Assembly: GCA_027356795.1 (NCBI GenBank)
Contig: DAHVXI010000045.1
Location: forward strand, 4,303 to 68,302
Reading direction: 5' to 3'
DNA length: 64,000 nucleotides
Source: Chloroflexota bacterium
Lineage (GTDB): Bacteria; Chloroflexota; UBA6077
Position 1 is the stretch's first letter. Every line of letters begins with the position of its first letter. The position numbers and the translations under genes were made by a program. Shown piece after piece: positions 60,452 to 64,000 of the stretch. The notes under the pieces are model-generated. The model ran no database searches, had not been told where the DNA came from, and worked only from the letters and a program-made list of their open reading frames with translations.

Positions 60452-63346
60452 ATGGCCAAGAGACGTGAGTCGCAACAGGTGGGCCCGAGGCTGTTCCGCA
60501 CGAGCGATCAGTTGAATTTCGCGGACGAGCCTTCGCTAGAAGAGCAGGTCGGGGAAGATGCCGGTGGAAACGATGGCTCGGGGCAAGGGGCGCCACGCAG
60601 GGTGCGATCCGTCGAGTGCCTCGGGATGACCTTCGAGAGCGAGGAGGCAAGGCGAGACTACTTCACCGAGAGGCTGCGGGAGAAGCTGAAGGATCCCGAG
60701 TTTCGGAAGATTGAGGGCTTCCCCGTCAGTTCGGACGATGACATCCTGGCCCTGTCCGATCCACCCTACTACACTGCGTGCCCCAACCCATTCATCGCGG
60801 ATTTCCTATGCCACTACGGCAAACCCTACGAGCCGAGCGAATCGTACAACCGGGAACCGTTTGCGGCGGATGTCAGTGAAGGAAAGCAGGACCCGATATG
60901 CATGGCCCATACTTACCACACGAAGGTGCCATACCGTGCTATCATGCGGTATATCCTTCACTACACTAGCCCCGGTGATGTGGTCCTCGACTCATTCGCT
61001 GGCACAGGCATGACAGGATTGGCGGCACAGCTCTGCGCCAACCCCCAGCCGGATTTCCGAGATGCAGTCGAGGCCGAATGGACCAGCGCGGGTCAAACGC
61101 TGCCGAAATGGGGGCGGCGCGTTGCAGTCTTGTATGACCTGTCCCCATTCGCCACCTTTCTCGCTCGCAACTTCAACTCTGACTTAGACGCCAACACATT
61201 CGCCAAAGAAGCGACAGCTCTACTAGGTGATTCAGAGCGTGCACTTGGCTGGATGTACGAGACTGATCTACATGGATCGAAGACGAAGGGGCAGCTGCAG
61301 TATGTCATTTGGACGGAGTCGCTCTACTGCGAATGCGGTCATGAACTGCTGTTCTGGCATCCCAAGGACCCGAGTGGCCAGCTACCCGAGCCTGAGCACT
61401 CATTCCGGTGCCCCAATTGTGACGCGGAAGTTAGCAAACGCAGTGCTAGCCGAGCCACCTCGACTGTAGCCGACTCTCTTCTCGGAACCACGATTCGACA
61501 GAACAGGCGTCTGCCTGTTCTTGTCGAGGCCAAGTTCGGCGACGCGCTTGTGAAGAAGTCACCAACGCGATTCGACCTCGAACTTATGCAGAGAATTGAA
61601 CAGCAGGGACACACCCATTACGTCCCAACGCAACCCATGATGTTCGACGGGACGGCGTGGGGAGATATGTTCCGAGCAGGCTATCACTTCGGGATCACTC
61701 ACGTTCACCACTTCTGGACGAAGCGAAACCTTCTCGTCCTTTCGGATCTCATGGAGCGAGCAAGGAAGTCCAGCGTACCACTTGAAATGCTCTTTCTCTG
61801 CACCTCGTTCGCAGTTAAGACAGGCAGCCGGATGCACAACGTCGGTTTCAGTAGTGGGAAGCTGAACCTAGCCGGCCAAATCTACAACACCCTCCAGTTG
61901 ACCAGCATCAGCGCTGAGCGCAACCTGTATGTGCTTGGGAGGGGCAAAGTCGAGGACATCAGGAGCGTCTTCGACGTAAGAAAACTTCGAGGCTCGACGG
62001 CAATCTCGACCAGCTCGGCAACACAGCTCGCAGGCGTCCCAGACAACATGGTTGACTATGTATTCGTTGATCCGCCCTTCGGTGACAACATCATGTACTC
62101 CGAACTTAGTTTCCTCTACGAGGCTTGGTTGCGGGTATTCACGAACCAGAGAACCGAAGCAATCATGTCGGCCACACAGGAAAAGTCCCTGCATGAGTAT
62201 CAGATTCTCATGCTTCGAGCCTTCAGGGAACTCAATCGCGTCCTAAAGCCGGGTCGTTGGATTACGGTCGCTTTCCACAACAGCAAGAATGCCGTTTGGA
62301 ATGCGATACAAGAGGCTTTGTGGCATGCAGGCTTCGTGGTCGCTGACGTTCGCACACTTGACAAGGGGCAAGGGACGTACAAGCAGATGACCACGGCTGG
62401 GGCCGTCAAGCAAGACTTAGTCATTTCCGCCTACAAACCCAGTGGCGGCCTTGAGGGGCGCTTCAGGCTCACGGCCGGTACCGAAGAAGGCGTGTGGGAC
62501 TTCGTCCGCAATCACCTGGGGCAACTTCCGGTCTTCGTTCCCGTCGACGGCCATGCCGAGGTGGTGGCGGAGAGAGCCGGCTACCTGCTGTTCGACCGGA
62601 TGGTCGCGTTCCACGTCCAAAGAGGTGTGCTGGTGCCGATGTCGGCCGCGGAGTTCTACGCCGGGCTGAAGGAGAGGTTTCCCGCGCGGGACGGCATGTA
62701 CTTCCTGCCCGATCAGGTGGTCGAATACGACCGGAAGCGGCAGGGTGTCAAGGAAGTCTTTCAGCTGCAACTCGTCCCCACCGACGAGGCGACGGCTATC
62801 CAGTGGCTCCGCCAGCAGCTGGAGAGGAAGCCCCAGACGTTCCAGGAGATACATCCAGAGTTCATCCGAGCCATTGCCGGCTGGGAGCGGCACGAGCAGC
62901 CGTTGGAGCTGCGCGAGATGCTGGCCCACAACTTCCTCCGCTACGAAGGCTCCGGTGCGATCCCCGAGCCGATTTGGGCATGGATGCAGAAGAGCGCGAC
63001 CTTGCGCGAGCTGATGAAGGGACAGGACAGGGAGAGCCCGAGCGCTGCTTTGAGGGAAGAGGCGAAGGACAGGTGGTACATGCCCGATCCGAGCAGGGCA
63101 CAGGACCTGGAGAGGCTGAGGGAGAAGGCTCTTCTGAAGGAGTTCGAGGAGTACAGGGCCTTCAAGGGCAGGCAGATGAAGGTGCTCAGGCTGGAGGCGG
63201 TGCGAACCGGCTTCAAGAAGGCGTGGCAGGAGAGGGACTACCAGACGATCATCGACGTGGCCGGCAAAATACCCGAAGAGGTGTTGCAGGAGGACCCTAA
63301 GCTCCTGATGTGGTACGACCAGGCACTGACCAGGAGCGGCGCGTAG
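60452..63346 (+). CDS. pglX: BREX type 3 DNA amino-methyltransferase PglXI
   Basis: ILALSDPPYYTACPNPF, HTYHTKVP, motif I DSFAGTGMTG, motif IV DPPF, KQDLVISAYKP, WYMPDP....DLE.LRE..LL; ATG 60452 with GGAG SD. Confidence 0.88.
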   Translation: MAKRRESQQVGPRLFRTSDQLNFADEPSLEEQVGEDAGGNDGSGQGAPRRVRSVECLGMTFESEEARRDYFTERLREKLKDPEFRKIEGFPVSSDDDILALSDPPYYTACPNPFIADFLCHYGKPYEPSESYNREPFAADVSEGKQDPICMAHTYHTKVPYRAIMRYILHYTSPGDVVLDSFAGTGMTGLAAQLCANPQPDFRDAVEAEWTSAGQTLPKWGRRVAVLYDLSPFATFLARNFNSDLDANTFAKEATALLGDSERALGWMYETDLHGSKTKGQLQYVIWTESLYCECGHELLFWHPKDPSGQLPEPEHSFRCPNCDAEVSKRSASRATSTVADSLLGTTIRQNRRLPVLVEAKFGDALVKKSPTRFDLELMQRIEQQGHTHYVPTQPMMFDGTAWGDMFRAGYHFGITHVHHFWTKRNLLVLSDLMERARKSSVPLEMLFLCTSFAVKTGSRMHNVGFSSGKLNLAGQIYNTLQLTSISAERNLYVLGRGKVEDIRSVFDVRKLRGSTAISTSSATQLAGVPDNMVDYVFVDPPFGDNIMYSELSFLYEAWLRVFTNQRTEAIMSATQEKSLHEYQILMLRAFRELNRVLKPGRWITVAFHNSKNAVWNAIQEALWHAGFVVADVRTLDKGQGTYKQMTTAGAVKQDLVISAYKPSGGLEGRFRLTAGTEEGVWDFVRNHLGQLPVFVPVDGHAEVVAERAGYLLFDRMVAFHVQRGVLVPMSAAEFYAGLKERFPARDGMYFLPDQVVEYDRKRQGVKEVFQLQLVPTDEATAIQWLRQQLERKPQTFQEIHPEFIRAIAGWERHEQPLELREMLAHNFLRYEGSGAIPEPIWAWMQKSATLRELMKGQDRESPSAALREEAKDRWYMPDPSRAQDLERLREKALLKEFEEYRAFKGRQMKVLRLEAVRTGFKKAWQERDYQTIIDVAGKIPEEVLQEDPKLLMWYDQALTRSGA

Positions 63347-63356
63347 GGGTAGGGGA

Positions 63357-63980
63357 GTGACCGAGTCCGTGCATCAAGATATGAACCATGTGTTCACCAT
63401 CGGACACTCGAACCACCCCCTCGATACGTTCATTGGCCTTCTGAAGCAGCACGGCATCGAAGTGTTGGTCGACGTGAGATCCCAGCCGCACTCGCGGTAT
63501 AGCCCGCAGTTTGATGCGCCGGAGCTGAAGATCTCGCTGCCTGAAGCCGGGATCAGCTACCTGTTCCTGGGCCGGGAGCTGGGTGGAAGGCCCGAGGGCG
63601 AGCAGTTCTACGACGATGATGGCTACGTGCTGTACTCTCGCATTGCCGAGACGCCACTGTTCCACGAGGGGATCGCGCGGCTCGAGCGAGGCGTGGAGCA
63701 GTACCGGGTGGCGGTCATGTGCAGCGAGGAGAACCCGACAGGGTGCCACCGGCGGCTGCTCATCGGCCGTGTACTTGGCGGGAAGAGCGTGGAAGTCATC
63801 CACATTCGTGGCGACGGGAGGCTACAGCCCGAAGATGAGCTGAAAGCGGAGGAGCGAGCGAGCTCGGCGGAGGCAACCCAGCTTCGACTATTTGGCTCTG
63901 CGCCGTCGGAGGAGAAGCCATGGAGATCTACACGATCGGTTTCACCCAGAGAACCGCAGCGTCCTTCTTCGGAGCCCTAA
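63357..63980 (+). CDS. DUF488 family protein
   Basis: FTIGHSNH, LVDVRS.P.SR, ELGGRP, MCSEENP..CHRR. Confidence 0.88.
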   Translation: MTESVHQDMNHVFTIGHSNHPLDTFIGLLKQHGIEVLVDVRSQPHSRYSPQFDAPELKISLPEAGISYLFLGRELGGRPEGEQFYDDDGYVLYSRIAETPLFHEGIARLERGVEQYRVAVMCSEENPTGCHRRLLIGRVLGGKSVEVIHIRGDGRLQPEDELKAEERASSAEATQLRLFGSAPSEEKPWRSTRSVSPREPQRPSSEP

Positions 63981-64000
63981 GGGCGAAGGGGATTCAACGG
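63920..64000 (+). CDS. Second DUF488 family protein, N-terminus only (runs off window)
   Basis: Manual translation MEIYTIGFTQRTAASFFGALRAKGIQR; GGAGGAG SD; overlaps the previous gene. Confidence 0.75.
   Translation, partial: MEIYTIGFTQRTAASFFGALRAKGIQR

Overview
GC-rich bacterial chromosomal window. The gene content (R3H-AAA, DUF4388, tmk-darA, pyrG-tal-glpX-rho, and the REP families) looks Chloroflexota-like, which is an inference. Left part: partial glnA, Gln-dependent nadE and an orphan PAS kinase. Next comes an unusual two-gene cassette (regulatory-domain-less LeuA/DRE-TIM enzyme plus a highly divergent YrdC/TsaC-fold protein) that abuts a 3' remnant of an aldehyde:ferredoxin oxidoreductase. 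This is followed by a Ttr/Srd-type molybdoenzyme operon (B-C-A) preceded by an AioX/ArxX-like periplasmic binding protein, a histidine kinase and a NarL-type regulator. Middle: metabolic and housekeeping genes (class III aminotransferase, ThrC-like, GH38 plus GDE-like glycosidases, 5xGAF kinase, tmk, darA, pyrG, tal/fsa, glpX, rho, LysM-M23, moaA, moaD-E fusion, divergent pfk). Also present are a Schlafen/AlbA-ATPase-HTH gene next to a 3x3 array of 11-bp-phased repeats and a MarR-ABC exporter. Right end: the start of a type 3 BREX locus (brxF, brxC, pglXI) carrying an embedded HTH-PIN toxin-antitoxin pair and tandem DUF488 genes, truncated by the window edge. No rRNA, tRNA, CRISPR array, integrase or transposase was recognised. 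All family assignments come from motif recognition by eye; no searches were run.
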